A DNA stretch of 64,000 nucleotides from Azolla caroliniana (taxonomy: Eukaryota; Plantae; Polypodiophyta): positions 124,001-188,000 of the forward strand of contig JBHGNT010000011.1 of assembly GCA_043228905.1 (NCBI GenBank), given 5' to 3'. A program made the translations under genes and the position numbers. The first letter of the stretch is position 1. Every line of letters starts with the position of its first letter. Below the pieces are notes generated by a model. It saw nothing but the letters and a program-made list of their open reading frames with translations. It did not search any database and was not told the DNA's origin. Shown one piece after another: positions 47,905-61,900 of this stretch.

Positions 47905-50324
47905 CTAGCAAGGAATAGAATCCAAGGAAAAATCATCAAACTCAAAACTCCCTTGATCTTTCAATTGACTGAAAAGAGGGGATTTTGTTTCAGACATCCT
48001 CTCAATCTCATGCTCAAATGCTTGCATTATGTCATTGTTGTTGTCAATGACGCAAGAAATCGGACTTTCTAACCATGAAGCCTCATAATTTGTCATCATC
48101 TCTGCAACCTCACAATTGTTAGATGTTAGCCATTGATCCGGAACCTGCAGATTTACTGTGTCGTGATATAATGAGCTACTGCTACAAAGATTTCTTCTTG
48201 CTGCATCATGAACTATGCTCGCCGTAGATTGGCTGCTTCTAGATCTCACGCTATCCAACGATTGGCTGCCTTTCTTTATGTCCTGGATAATCCACAAAAT
48301 AAAACCCCTTGCCTTAATTATTAATTTCATATAAAAGAATCCAATTGGAGTAGTAGATCATCAGAACAAGGGTACCTCACCATGTGTCTTAGGGCCATGT
48401 CCAGTGGCCTCCCGGACAAAGTCTTGCTACCTACGAATCCATCTGACTGCCCTTGTTTCTGGACTTGCACAGGAGAGACGGGTAAGATGATTAAAGATTG
48501 CTTCTCCGGTCTATGATGATGATGATGATGATGGATTTCTGGGATACTGCGTGATGACAGATTTCCATTTGGACTGCTTGGTCCATTTCTTACATTCAAT
48601 TTCCTGCTAGGGTTTGAGTTGGAAATGATTTTACGTTGGTCTCCAGCAACAACGAGTGAACTCGATAACCTGCTGAAACGAGTAAATTGGTGGGCACCAC
48701 CACCTGCTTGATCTGCAGGCCGTGCTAATGTTGCACTTGGCATTCCTGATTTCGACAGCATTAATGTTGCCCTGGGATTTGAATGTGGTCGACGTATCAC
48801 CTGCACGCCAGATGTTGGGAGCTTTGTTTGGGGTGGATCTTTTCCACATAATAAACCTGGGGCAATGCCATTCTTTTTGGATCTGGTATCTGGGGAATTC
48901 GAACCAGATCTTCTTGAACTTGTAGCAATTGCAGCCGATTGCAATTTAGGTCTAGGTCTAGCAGCCTGCAATGCAGTATGTTTAGATTGTGCTTTACTAG
49001 CAAAAGATTTGCCTGTAATTTCAATGGGATTGGGAGTGCAAGTCGTAGTAACTAATGTCTTAGCTGGTGTGGATGGCCTAGTTGAGCTGCAGGAGGGAGC
49101 ATAAGGAGTTCGCATGGAGTGCTTGGTAAGGTTCCATGGAGTACTGCTCATATTCTTTCTCGGAATTATTGTAATGGATGATGAAGACGAGGCGGCAGAT
49201 CGAGTCAGAGGAGGTTGTGGGAACCTGGATGGAGTGAAAACACTTCTCTTCACATTAACCGGAGGTGTCCTGGGCTGGGGAATGGACCTCTTGATTGTTT
49301 CTTTCTGTGTATAATTTTCAGCTAATAATTCTGCTTTCAGGGTTACTTCTGACATGGTGATTCCCAGCTGAAACAATAGTGAAAACTGTAACCAAGGTTG
49401 TTCCCTCAATGGACATGTATTTTCGCTATTGAAAACTAGAGAGGTTGTTCTCACTTATACTTAGTAAAAGTTTGGTACCCTAAGGGTCTCGTGGTTTTTC
49501 TTGATTTGGGTTTTCCACGTAAAATTTTGGTGTACTCTGTTTTTGTTTTTTAGTTGTGTCTGTCATTTTTGCTGTGTTGGTTGTCCAAGATAATCCCAAT
49601 TCCTAGTTTCTAACATGAATGTACGTTTTTTTGGGCCCAAAGATCAACATGATAGTTTCTTTTTCCTGTCAAGCCTAAATTTTAAATCCAATCCTTAATC
49701 TTCCATCCTTCATGTTAATTTAGGACACAGAAGATGCACTTACCCTAGAAACTGGCATTGATCTGTCGAGTTTACTGGTCATGGGCGTTTCAGGATTAAT
49801 GGAGGTTGCTGTGGTACCATTACAGATGATATTGTTACAAACAGCATGTTCTCCACCATTACTGATAGACGCTGGCGCCTTCGAGCTGGATTCCCTAGTC
49901 ATGAGCCTGCGCCATGAATGCATGCTTATTATCATTCTCATTATGAGGGAGAATCAGAGGGAACTCACCAGCAATACTCATTCTCATCCCAATCAGACGA
50001 CGCATTGCAGGAGATGTCCTGATCTCCCAGCGCATGAGTAGCAGCCCTAGGTCCTGAATTAGGGATGCCAGTTGTGGTAGTTCCCATATTCTCTGTATGA
50101 TCTTCTGCCTTCTGCATTTCAAGGAAAAGATGAAGAAGGTCTTCATCGTCTCTTTCGTGATGATGATGATGATGATGATGAGAATGCAGGGCGACAGTAA
50201 AATCATCGCCATGGTTCCTACAATTACCAACAAATCCACAGATTTCAGGAGAAATCGAAACGGAGGCTTGATCTCGGCCGCTTGCAGCAGCAGAAAGCTG
50301 CATATATGCAGTAGAAAACGCCAT
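47905..50324 (-). CDS. Basic proline-rich (BPP)-like microtubule-associated protein; exons 50324-49969, 49906-49744, 49367-48381, 48282-47905 (~627 aa)
   Basis: Three GT-AG introns keep the frame (356+163+987+378 = 1884 nt). Recalled family motifs: ERDDEDLLHLFLEM, NEYCW|LMT (cf. NDYDWLLTP), an S/R/P/T-rich middle, LDMALRHM|DIK and SWLESP. The start codon choice is tentative. Confidence 0.8.
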
Positions 50325-51871
50325 GATTCATCACGCAGGCAGGCATGAAGCCATGGTCCATAGGATTGAACGGACTCGAGAAATCGATGGTAGGTAGTGG
50401 AGAATGAGAGGAGGCATCGTGGACCAGAAGTGGACCAGAAGTGGACCACAACCAAACATGGTCCATCGCCATCGCCATGACCTTCTGTACAAATGAATAA
50501 ATCATTTTCAAAATGCGACTTAAATGGTTTGGCGGTTTAAATGGCCTCCAACCATAGGCCTAAATCATTTGAAGCGTTCACACAATTTAAATAAATGGCT
50601 TTAAGGTTTAGAGGGTTAGGACATTTTTGAAATATTTATTAAATATTACGTAGCCGTAGCCTATTAACAGAATAAGTTATAACATTTAAGATCCAACCTT
50701 TTTCTTCTTTGCTCAGCTTGGGAGTAGACGACTTTTAGTTAGAAAAATCTTTGATGAATTGTTGTTCAAAAGTTTAAATGACACATGAACAACTCTTTGA
50801 TCCTCATCAAGATTTGTGTTACACCCCTCACGAACCGATGGATGCAAACGAACGATGCATCCTTCTATCAATATAGGCTGAAATGCTTGCATACCTATTC
50901 TATGTGATGTGGGTGCTCGATTGAATGGTACAAGATGACCTAGCATAAAGTTTCTCAAAGAACTTCCCATATAAAGGGATCCCACTTTCTAATCATACTC
51001 CTAGTAGCCCATAGATTATGAGCAAGAAGACGTCATCCAATTAGGTTACAAATCATGAGAGCTTGGAAGAGCTAAATGGCTGAATCTCGGGGTAGTCCAC
51101 AATGCACATTTATGTAACGACAAAGACGAGCCTGCCACTATAACTAATAACACAAAATATTGTTTTGTGAACTATTCAAAAATGGAAATCCAAAACCACA
51201 TACTAATAGCTTAACTGTTTGTGAATCTCTTTGCCATTTGGTTTTCAAGCTTGTAATTCTTCAGACAATTTAGTTTGAACCATTGCATTAAACTAAACTA
51301 TTGTCGATTGCTATTCATATCATCAATAACCCTTGTACTTGCCATGAAGCCCACCGTACTGATCGGCCTACGAAAATGGTATAATTTGCATGATTATCTC
51401 CTTTTAATTTAATAGGTATCTAGCTGCAATAGTGCATAAACTAAACATCGAAAGAATAGATCTTGTATATATTCGATTGAACATATAACAAGTAGGTAAA
51501 ACAAGCTCTTCCCAATACGTTTGAGGATTTCCAACCAGATTTGTTGTGCAGTCCTTGAATTTTTTATTTAGTACAAGGAATTGTAAATATTTGTTAAATC
51601 TTGTAATTTTTTCATCGAGAATTGTGGGACTTCAATTTTCCACAATTATTTAATTCGAGTTCTTTGAGGGGTTGATCATGTTGGGTTGTATTATTAAGTT
51701 TATGGTGGTGCTCGACCTTTCCAAGGACTTGAGCACCATATTTTGTATTTAGAAATGTGACCATTATGAAACAAGTACAAATTTCAAGAAATATAAATTT
51801 TGAGGTAGAAAAAAGGAAGTGGTTATGCATTCTCAAGCCATGTGGACCATTGTTTGATGGTTCAAGTGGCC

Positions 51872-52643
51872 CAGTAGGGTGTCATAGTTGGATGTGTCTA
51901 AATTGTCTACAAGTTATGCTTCTTGAGTTGGTGCACAGAGCGGCCTAATATGTAAAGGTGTCCGTCTTGTGGAAAAAGGAACCATGTAAACTCAACTACA
52001 GGGTGTGTTACGGCAGATGGTACAAATTGTTGTGATAGAATTCATCGAATGTATTGCCTGTGTACTTTTTATTTTTACATATTATGTATTGTAAATGTTT
52101 GTTGTGTGAGACATATAGTGAGGGGTGCTACAGTAGGGTGTCATAGTTGGATGTGTCTAAATTGTCTACAAGTTATGCTTCTTGAGTAGGTGCCACGGAG
52201 CGGCCGAATATGTAAAGGTGTCCGTCTTGTGGAAAAAGGAACCATGTAACCTCAACTACAGGGTGCGTTACGGTAGATGGTGCAAATTGTTGTGATAGAA
52301 TTCATCAAATGTATTGCCTGTGTACTTTTTATTTTTTACATATTATGTATTGTAAATGTTTGTTGTGTGAGACATATAATGAGGGGTGCTACAGTAGGGT
52401 GTCATAGTTGGATGTGTCTAAATTGTCTACAAGTTATGCTTCTTGAGTAGGTGCCACAAAGAGGCCAAATATGTAAAGGTGTCCGTCTTGTGGAAAAAGG
52501 AACCATGTAACCTCAACTACAAAGTGTGTTACGGCAGATGGTGCAAATTGTTGTGATAGAATTCATCAAATGTATTGCATGTGTACTTTTTATTTTTTAC
52601 ATATTATGTATTGTAAATGTTTGTTGTGTGAGACATATAATGA
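51872..52643. repeat. Tandem repeat, ~259 bp unit x3, high identity
   Basis: 'cagtagggtgtcatagttggatgtgtc...tgtgagacatata' starts at ~51873, 52131 and 52391. Confidence 0.95.
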
Positions 52644-53030
52644 GCTTGGTTTATTGCAATAAAGTTATAGTGGGTTGTGTCATGTGTCATGTCTATTGCA
52701 TCCTCATTGACCCCAAATGGAATTTTTAATTGCTTCCATGAGGGGACATATGTGGCTCTTGTGTCAAGAAGGCCACAAGGAAATAAATAGATGACATGTG
52801 AAGTACGGGCAATGAAGGAACTTTAACTTTTGTCCTCATCTAATCAATTTTGGTTGGTCACTATAAAGAATTGGGGATAATTCTTGTGTAGCGGAAGATA
52901 TGTGTGTTATGTGTATGTGTGAGAGGAATTAGAGGAGAGAAGAGAGAACACAAGATGGATAGGAAAAGGAATACTCAAGAAAAAGGTGTATATTCATAAG
53001 TAGAATAACAAATACAAAATGTACTATTAC

Positions 53031-55334
53031 TATCACATTCTAGACTCAAACCTCTGACTTTTAACACACACAATACATTGTGTTGTGTTAACCATATGGA
53101 AATTCTTGTGAATTGTCCACATTTAGTTGTGAACTTGTATATATTGTACAGTCTAGTGTATAGTACATTCGAGAATATTCTAGTCGTTAGTATATTCCAG
53201 AATTATTCTATGGTATATTCTAAACAAGTATATGCTCGAGATATTTCTCAAGTATATTCTAGAGATATTCAATCTCGGAAGTTGTATAAATACTTATAAC
53301 ATCCGTGGTCCCTTTCAAGGGATTCAACACTAGTCATTGACACATCAATCTCGTATTCTCATTTCGCCTCATCTTGTCTCCTTGATCTTTATTTCTGTGT
53401 TCATGACCTCACGTCGCTCACAACATCTAGAGTTCCTAGCCTCATCACATCTAGCTCCAAGTTCATCCGTGCTCGTAGCCCCATCATCTATGCTTCCGTC
53501 CTAGTCCGCGCATGGTATGTTTATGATAGTTTGAATCTCTTCCAACTGGGAGCACCACCTGTCTTCGTCATCGCCTTTGCTTCCAGAGTTACCATCATCA
53601 CCATCCTTGCTTCCGGAGTTACCATCATCAACATCCTTGTCTTCGACATCATCATTTTCAACACCTCTTCACCCAACCATCGTTGTGATCAACACTACTT
53701 GTCATCATTTTTAGGTATCATTTTGCATCACGGTTTGGTGAGGAGTGCTTTCGATCGCTCACCTTCCTAGTTCTGGTGGGGGTCACAACCGCTCACTTTC
53801 TTGGTGGGGATCGAGTCATTGCTCGCTTGCATTGCATTATTGTTATAGTTCAAGTCTCGTGCCACTTTTTGTTGGTGAGGACCGATTTCAATCACTCACC
53901 TTCTAGTTTCAGTGGGGGTCATAACCACTCACTTTCTTGGTGGGGATCGCGTGGGTTTCTTGCTAGCGCTACCATTTGTGCAATGTCTTGGGTCAACCTT
54001 GACTATTTACCCTTTCATAATAGAAGAAGTCGAGTCGACCGTGTCACTTGCACTCCTTTGCCCGTTGTTCTAGTTCTCGGTGAGGGCCGCATGATCGCTC
54101 ACATCCGTTCATGTTCTGTTCTCAGTGAGGGCCACATGGTCGCTCACGTCCGTTCGTGTTCTAGTTCTCAGTGAGGACCGCATGGTTGCTCACACCTATT
54201 CGTGTTTAGTTCTCGGCGAGGGCCGCATGGTCGCTCACATCCATTCGTGTCCAGTTCTCAGTGAGGGCCGCACGGTCTTTGACGTCCGTTCGTGTTCCAG
54301 TTCTCGGTGAGGGCCGCATGGTCGCTCATGCCCGTTGGTGTTTGTGTTCCAATTCTCGGCAAGGATCGACATGGCCTCTCATGCCCATTGGTGTTTGTGT
54401 TCCTTGTGAGGACCGCACATGGTCACTCACACCTATTGGTATTCATGTTCCAGTCTCCGACGAGGACCACACATGGTCACTCATGCCTATTGTTGTTCTC
54501 GCTCACGCCCATTGGTGGTCGTGTTCCAATTGTCAGGGAGGACCGACATGGTCTCTCATGCCCATTGGTGTTCGTGTTCCCCATGAGGACCACACATGGT
54601 CACTCACGCCCCCGACAAGGACCGCACATGGTCAATCATGCCCATTCGTATTCGTGCTCCCCGTGAGAACCGCACATGGTCGCTCATGCCTATTGGTGTT
54701 CAATACCTCGTCTTCTGGAAGGGTTACTCCTTGTCTAGGTTTTACAAAATACTTTGGAGGTCGTCTAAGATTTTCATCAACAATATCCCCCTAAGCCAAT
54801 GACCAATTTGGGAAGACAACTTAAGAGGGGAGATAATGTCACATTCTAGACTCAAACCTCGGACTTTTAACACACACAGTACATTGTGTTGTGTTAACCA
54901 TATGGAAATCCTTGTGAATTGTCCACATTTGATTGTGGACTTGTATATATTGTAGAGTCTAGTGTATAGTACATTCAAGAATATTCTAGTTGTTAGTATA
55001 TTCCAGAATTATTCTATGGTATATTCTAAACGGGTATATTCTCGAGATATTTCTCAAGTATATTCTAGAGATATTCAATCGCGGAAGTTGTATAAATACT
55101 TGTAACATCCTTGGTCCCTTTCAAGGGATTCAACACTAGTCATTGACACATCAATCTAGTATTCTCATTTCGCCTCATCTTGTCTCCTTGATCTTTATTT
55201 CTATGTTCATGCCCTCATGTCGCTCACAACATCTAGAGTTCCTAGCCTCATCACATCTAGCTCCAAGTTCATCCATCGCTCGTAGCCCCATCATCTGTGC
55301 TCCGTCCTAGTCCGCGCATTATGTGTTCGTGACA
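53031..55334 (+). mobile_element. Non-autonomous chromovirus derivative (family 3) with an internal tandem array
   Basis: LTRs at 53031-53528 and 54837-55334; TSD ATTAC; PBS GTTTGAATCTCTT; PPT AAGAGGGGAGATAA; chromodomain remnants QYLVFWKGY and FHQQYPPKP. Confidence 0.93.
54070..54700 (+). repeat. Minisatellite, ~40-46 bp units x~13
   Basis: 'gttctcggtgagggccgcatggtcgctcac.tccgttcgtgtt' grades into 'gaggaccgcacatggtcactcatgcccattggtgttcgtgttcc'. Confidence 0.9.
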
Positions 55335-58300
55335 ATTACAAGGAGTCACAACTGACTTAGTATGAAGTATGAGGAGGGTGCTTTATATATAGTCACCCTG
55401 TCTCTTCATTGACTAACTACAACAACCACTCTCTCTTGGGGAATGTGAAGACTCATAGTCATGGGGAATATGTAACTCATTAGTAATGTGCCATAGAATA
55501 TGATTCTATGACACATAGTTAATGTGTAGAGAGTAGTGGTGTGACTCTTGATCTTTGAATAAACATAGATTCTCAAAAGGTGTGTTCACATGTTGCACTA
55601 TGTTGAGCTTGATTTTCAACACGCCCAGATCCTTCAAAATCCTCTTGAACCATACGGCTTCACATGTAGCTACGGTTGCGCCCCTGTATTCGGCCTCAGT
55701 ACTCGAAAGAGCTATGGTTGGTTGCTTCTTGCTACTCCACAAAGTTGCTCCGCTGCCAAGGGAGAAGACGAAACCAGAGGTTAATCATCGATTGGCTTTG
55801 TAGCCGGCCCAGTCGGCATCTGTGTACCCTTCGAGTCGAATTGGTATGGCCGATGCATATAGGATGCCATAATCCATTGTGCCGCTCATGTATCGTAATA
55901 CTCGCTTAGCGCAATCGAAATGGATATCTCACGGAGTTTGCATGAATTGGCTAAGGAGGCCAACCAGATAGTTGAGGTCCCAATCAATTGTCGATATTGA
56001 GTCGGCTTGCACTCGTCTGTGCCAGAATTAGCATCTAGTTTGAGGTTTCGATCGAGAGGGGTTGCCACAGATTTGCACTCAGTCATCCCAAACTTGTATA
56101 ACAAGTTGAGGATGTAGTGTCATTGAGAGATCATAATGCCGGTCAGAATCTGAATTACTTCGATGCCTAGGAAGTAATGAAGTTCCTTCATGTCTGTCAT
56201 CTCGAATTTGTTGGAGAGGAAGGATTTCACCTTGTTGATGTCGACTAAACTTTCTCCTCCAATGACCAGATCATCCACATATAGGATGATGACAATCGAG
56301 CTTCTAGAGTCATTTCGTACGTAGAGGGAGTTGTCGGATTTCGACATTCGAAAACGATTTGATGAAGATATTACGTAATCTTCAAATGCCAAGCACGCGG
56401 TGCTTGCTTGAGGCCGTAGAGTGGCTTCTTGAGTCGGCACATGGCTTTCGGATGAGTATGCAATTCGAAACCGGGTGGTTGTACCATGTACACCTCTTCT
56501 AATTCGCCTTGAAGAAAGGCGTTCTTGACGTCCATTTGGTGGGGGTGCCACCCTTTTGCTACCACAAGCGCGATGACTATCCGAATAGTCGTCATCTTTG
56601 CCACCCGAGCAAATGTCTCTTCGTAATCGATCCCATGCGTCAGTGCGTATCCTTTTGCTACGAGTTGAGCTTTGTAGCGGTTTACGGAGCCGTCGGCGTT
56701 ATACTTCACCTTGTAGATCCATCTACAACCGGTCGCCTTCTTGTGCGGTGAGTGGGGGACAAAATCCCATGTCTTCTTTTTGGAGAGTGCTTGCATGTCC
56801 TCATTCATCGCTTCAACCCATTTGGGGTCCTTTGCGGCTTCGGAAAATGTTTCTAGCTCCCGTACTGTCGCTACCTTCATCATAAAGGCATAATGGTACA
56901 CCATATAATCATTGTAGCCGAATCGGCTTACGAGGTTCTTTTCACGGGTGGATCAGTGTAGCTTCTCGTTCGCAGAGACTAATGCTTTCTTCGTTCCATT
57001 TTTCCAGATGTCGAGGCCTTTAAACTCACTATCAAGGGAGTGAGTCGATTCGTTGCCGTCGAAGTGATCGCCTTCATATTCCAGCATTTTCGCCTTCCCT
57101 TTGTCCAGCTTTGGACTTGGCCGAGATGTGCTTTGATCGCTTGGAGGCTCTTGTGACCCACTAAGCCTTGTCGTAATCGGGCTTTCTTCGAACATGCGCG
57201 TGAGCCAATCCCTGGCTTCTATCTCTATTTCGGCGAATTCCGAGTCGAGCGGAATCGGAGTCGAAGTTGTCTCTGGTGCATACAAAGATGTGAACTCATC
57301 GAAAACAACTTCTCGACTTAATCGAGATTTTCGAGTTGAAGGGTTACAACACATGTGCCCCTTTTGCTCCAGTGATTATCCTATGAGGATACATTTCTCC
57401 GACTTTGGGTCGAGCTTTTGTCGCTTCTCGTTGGAGATGTGCACGTACGCAATGGAGCCGAATATCCAAACATGTGCTAGGTCCGGCTTCTTTCCGAAAA
57501 ACTTCTCGTTAGGAGTAAGCTTGTGCACAACCGATGTTGTACACCGATTCATGAGGTATATGGCCGTGTTGGCCGCTTCTGCCCGATATGACTTCGGCAG
57601 GTGCTTTTTGTTTATCATGGCCCGTGCTACTTCGAGGATGGGCCGATTCTTTCGTTCGGTGACTCCATTTTGTTGTGGCATATGTCGACACTAAAACTCT
57701 CTTTGAATTCCTTCTTTCTGTAGAAAAGCCGAAAATTCGTGGGAGAAGTACTCCTTCCCTCCATCCGACCGAAGACATCGTACATGTCGACCTGTGGCTT
57801 TCTCGACTTCATTCTTAAATTTTTGGGAGTGTCTGAACACTTCGCTCTTTTGACGCATAGGGTAGATCTAGGTGTGCTTGGAGAAGTCCTCGATAAAGGC
57901 CACGTAGTATGGGCATCCGCTGAATGTAGCCGTTTGAGCCGGTCCCCATACATCGGAATGAATTACGTCGAGTACGCCTTTGCTCACGTTCCACTCCTTT
58001 GGAAGTGGGTGCCGATGTTTCTTGCCGAATTGGCAAGTGGCACACACACCTTCAATCTCTTTCTCCTTGAATGTTGGGAGCCTGATGACGACTCCTTTCA
58101 ATTGCATTCATTGCCTTGAGCTTTTGGAGGTTGATATGGTCAATCCGATTGTGCCATAACTCTATGCCAGAATCGGCTTTTGTGCCCTTTGCAAACATGA
58201 ACGATTTCATCTCGTGCAATCGAGAATGAACATTCAACCCTCTCTTCGTCCGCGAGTGATGAGTCGGCCCTCTTTTTCAATGAAGCAACCACCTTGATTA

Positions 58301-58971
58301 AATCGTACTTGCACCCCTTGCTCAACAATTTGGTTGATGGAGACCAAATTCTTCGTAATGGTTGGTACATGCAAGACATTCTTAATAAAAGTTTGGTTGC
58401 CTTCTTTGCCGAATGGGACATTGCCGATGTGTCGAATCAGATGCGTAGTGTCATCTTCGGTTTCAACATAGTCGGGTCGTTCCGGCTCTTGAAGTTCTTG
58501 GAACTGTCAAGACTGAGAGAGAGAAAGAGAGAGAAAAAGAGATAGAGAGATAATTGAAAGAGAATTATTATATTGAAGCGTAAAATGGATTACAAAGAGT
58601 AGGCTACAAAATGGCGTTGAACCAATTTAGGTTTGGGATGGGTGGTAGATCCCTATTTATAAGTAATAGAGAACTCTCTAGAATATTCTAGGTTATCCTA
58701 GAATGTAGAGTAATCTAGAAGATCTCTAGAGTATTCTAGAAGGTTCTAGTGGTATAGAACACTCTAGAATATTCTAGGTCATTCTAGAATGTAGAGTAAT
58801 ATAGAATATTCCTATGATATTAGATTTCATATTCTAGAGACTATACATATAAGAATATTAATACAATGGTTAAGGATTTGACATGTGTACAACAAGGTCG
58901 TGGGTTCAAATCCTTTCGAGTCATAATGTGAGTGTCATGATCCTTTCGATGCATGATGTGACTGTTATCAT

Positions 58972-61900
58972 GACACTATCCCCCTTCTTCGACGACACGT
59001 CTCACGGGTCGTAGGGTTTGTATTAGGACCTGGTTTACAAGGATATTGGCGATGAAATGCATTGACGAGTTCTGCAGCATTGGAAAGATTTGTGGCAGGT
59101 TCCCAAGTTCGATCATTGGGGGTATAGCCTAGCCAATCGACCAAGTAATACAACTTGTTGCGCACGATTTTAGAATCGAGAACGGCAGCAACTTCAAATT
59201 CAGGTCCGTCCAAGAACTCGACAGGTGGTGGGGGTGTCGTAAGACGGCCCAGAATTGAACTTGTAGTATAAGGTTCCAAAAGGGATACATGAAACACCGG
59301 ATGAAGATGCATGTGCGGAGGGAGGTCAAGACGAAATGCAACATCACTTATCTTACTAGTGATCATGTAAGGGCCAAAACGTTGGTAATCCAATTTACTG
59401 CAAGGTCGAGTGGTCTTGATGTTGTGTTGGAGAAGCCATACATGATCCCCAATGCGGAACTTTTTTGAGGAGTCTAGACGATGACGATCGGCAAGCCTCT
59501 TGTGTGTAAATTGAGCATCGTGCAAATTGTGGAGAATGTTAGCTTGAATTTCTTGGAGGCGACTAAGACGATCCTCGGCAGCAGGGTTGGTAGGAACTTC
59601 TGGATGCGCATTCATCGTCCATCGAGGATGACAACCCGTATTTGCGAAAAATGGGGAATATCCTGTAGAAGAATGGGCTGAGTTGTTGTAAGCGAATTCC
59701 GCCAAGTGCAAAAATGCAACCCAATCATCTTGTTGATAGTTGATGAAACAACGAAGATATTGTTCCAATGTCTGGTTCTGTTTGGCCATTTGTTTCAGGA
59801 TGATAGCCCGAAGAAAGCTTAACTGAAATGTGGAGAAGTTTGAACAGGTGCTTCCAAAACTTTGAGATGAATTGTGGACAACGATCACTAATAATATCAT
59901 CTGGCAGACCATGATGCTTAAATACCTCCCGCGTAACGAGATCAGCCGTCTCTTGACTAGTAATCGACTTTGTACATGGCAAGAAATGTGCCATTTTGGT
60001 AAATCGATCAACCACTGTGAGAATTGCATCAAAACCTTTTGAAACTGGGAGATCAGTAATGAAGTCCAAGGATATAGACTTCCAAGGTGTTTCCGGAATG
60101 GGAAGTGGTTGTAGTAAGCCATAGGGTCGGTGACGAGGATTCTTTGATCGACAACATATATCACAACTCCGAACATACTCCTCAACAAAATGACGAAGGT
60201 GAGGCCACCAATAGCGTCGAGAAATTAATTCTAGAGTCTTGTGAACTCCAAAATGACCAGCCATTGGTGAGTCATGGCAATGTTGCAAAACTTGTAGCCG
60301 TGGGGGACCATCAGGAACATACAATAAATTTTGTCGAAATAGAAAACCATCATGCCAATAGAACTGACAATAGTCATTACGAGGATTTTTCGACTGTGAG
60401 CAAGAAGCACGATCCGGGACGATATGATCCAAAACATCCTTGACGAAATCATCAGTGGCCATATGATCTCGAATGGAATCAAGAAGAGTGGAATTTTCAA
60501 GAGCTGTTATGGCGTTAACTACCATTAATCGTAATCGATTAGGACCCAAAAGGATTTGTTTTTGATGCTCAAAAGCAGGTTCCCCTGGACGAAGTTCCAT
60601 ATAAGAGCGCCGAGAAAGAGCATATGCTTTGCCTTGCTGCATCCCAGGGCGATATATGATGATAAAGTCGAAGTGAGTCAAAAATTGCGCCCACCGGGCT
60701 TGTCGCCGACTCAAGACTCGAGCATTTTGGAAATAAGTCAGGTTCTTATGATCATTGTAGACAATGATCTGCTAAGAAGAACCTTCTAGGAAATGTCGCC
60801 ATTGTTGAAACGAATCCACGATTGCAAGAAGCTCTTTGTCATGGATCTCGTAGTTGATCTCTGCAGCTTCAAACTTTCGTGAATGAAAGGCGACAGGGTG
60901 TAGTTGTCCATCATCTCCAGTCTGCGAGAGGACACTCCCTAGTGCAAAATCGGATGCATCGGCTTCGAGGATGAAGCGTTTTGTTGGGTCGACATGTGCT
61001 AAGATAGGTGCCGTTGTAAATGCTCGTTTTAAGCTTTCGAATGCCTCGGATGCATCTGAACTCCATATAAATGGTTGATCTTTATGTGTGAGCTGAGTAA
61101 GCGGAAGCACAACCTTGGAATAATCTTTAATAAATTTTCGATAAAAATTTGCAAACCCGAGAAAACATTGCACATCACGCACTGAAAGGGGAGTTTGCCA
61201 CTCTAAAATTGCCTGTACCTTCATGGGGTCCATAGCAATACCATTTGATGATACAACATACCCCAAAAATTCCACTTGATTCTGGCCGAAACTACACTTT
61301 TCCAATTTTGCGTAGAGACCATATTCTCGGAGTCGGCACAGTACTTGACGAACATGTGCATCATGCTCCTCTTGGGTCTTTGAGTAGATTAAAATATCAT
61401 CTAGGTAAACTATAGTGAAGATATCAAGAAAATCTCGAAAAATATCGTTCGCCATATGTTGGAAAACAGCAGGTGCATTCGTGAGACCAAATGGCATCAC
61501 TGTATACTCAAAATGTCCATAGCGAGTGCGGAAAGCTGTCTTCCATTCATCCCCCGGGCGAATCCGAACTAGATTATATGCTCCGCGAAGGTCCAACTTC
61601 GTGAAATATTTTGCACCACTGAGACGTTCCAAAAGATTCGGGATTAATGGTAGAGCATATCTATTTCGGATAGTCACTTTGTTTAGCCCTCGATAATCCA
61701 CGACCAACCGAAGAGTCCCATTCTTCTTCTTAACGAAGAAGATAGGTGCACCAGCAGGGGATCTAGAATGCCGAATGAATCCGTTTGTCAGATTCTCATC
61801 AATATATTCTCGCAAAGTCTCTAGCTCTACAGGGGAGAGATTATAAATTGGGCCCCATGGAGGTTCTTTCCCTGGTTGTAAGTCAATAGGGCAGTCGTAT

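Larger units (their letters stand above)
52905..58504 (-). mobile_element. Ty1/copia retrotransposon 3 (degenerate); 3' LTR ~52905-55621 interrupted; 5' part expected beyond the chromovirus, outside the window
   Basis: GAG-pre-integrase LWHNRIDH, integrase (IHSDVWGP, PQQNGVTER), RT (QMDVKNAFLQG, YVDDL) and RNase H (SSTEAEY), joined directly to the LTR at 55621/55622. Confidence 0.9.

Noticed and set aside
50700-51870. Possible decayed DNA transposon upstream of the BPP-like gene
   Set aside because: No recognisable domain motif or termini could be supported by eye.
54070-54700. CRISPR-like appearance of regularly spaced ~40-bp repeats
   Set aside because: The units are contiguous degenerate copies with no unique spacers, there are no cas genes, and the array is inside a eukaryotic LTR element.
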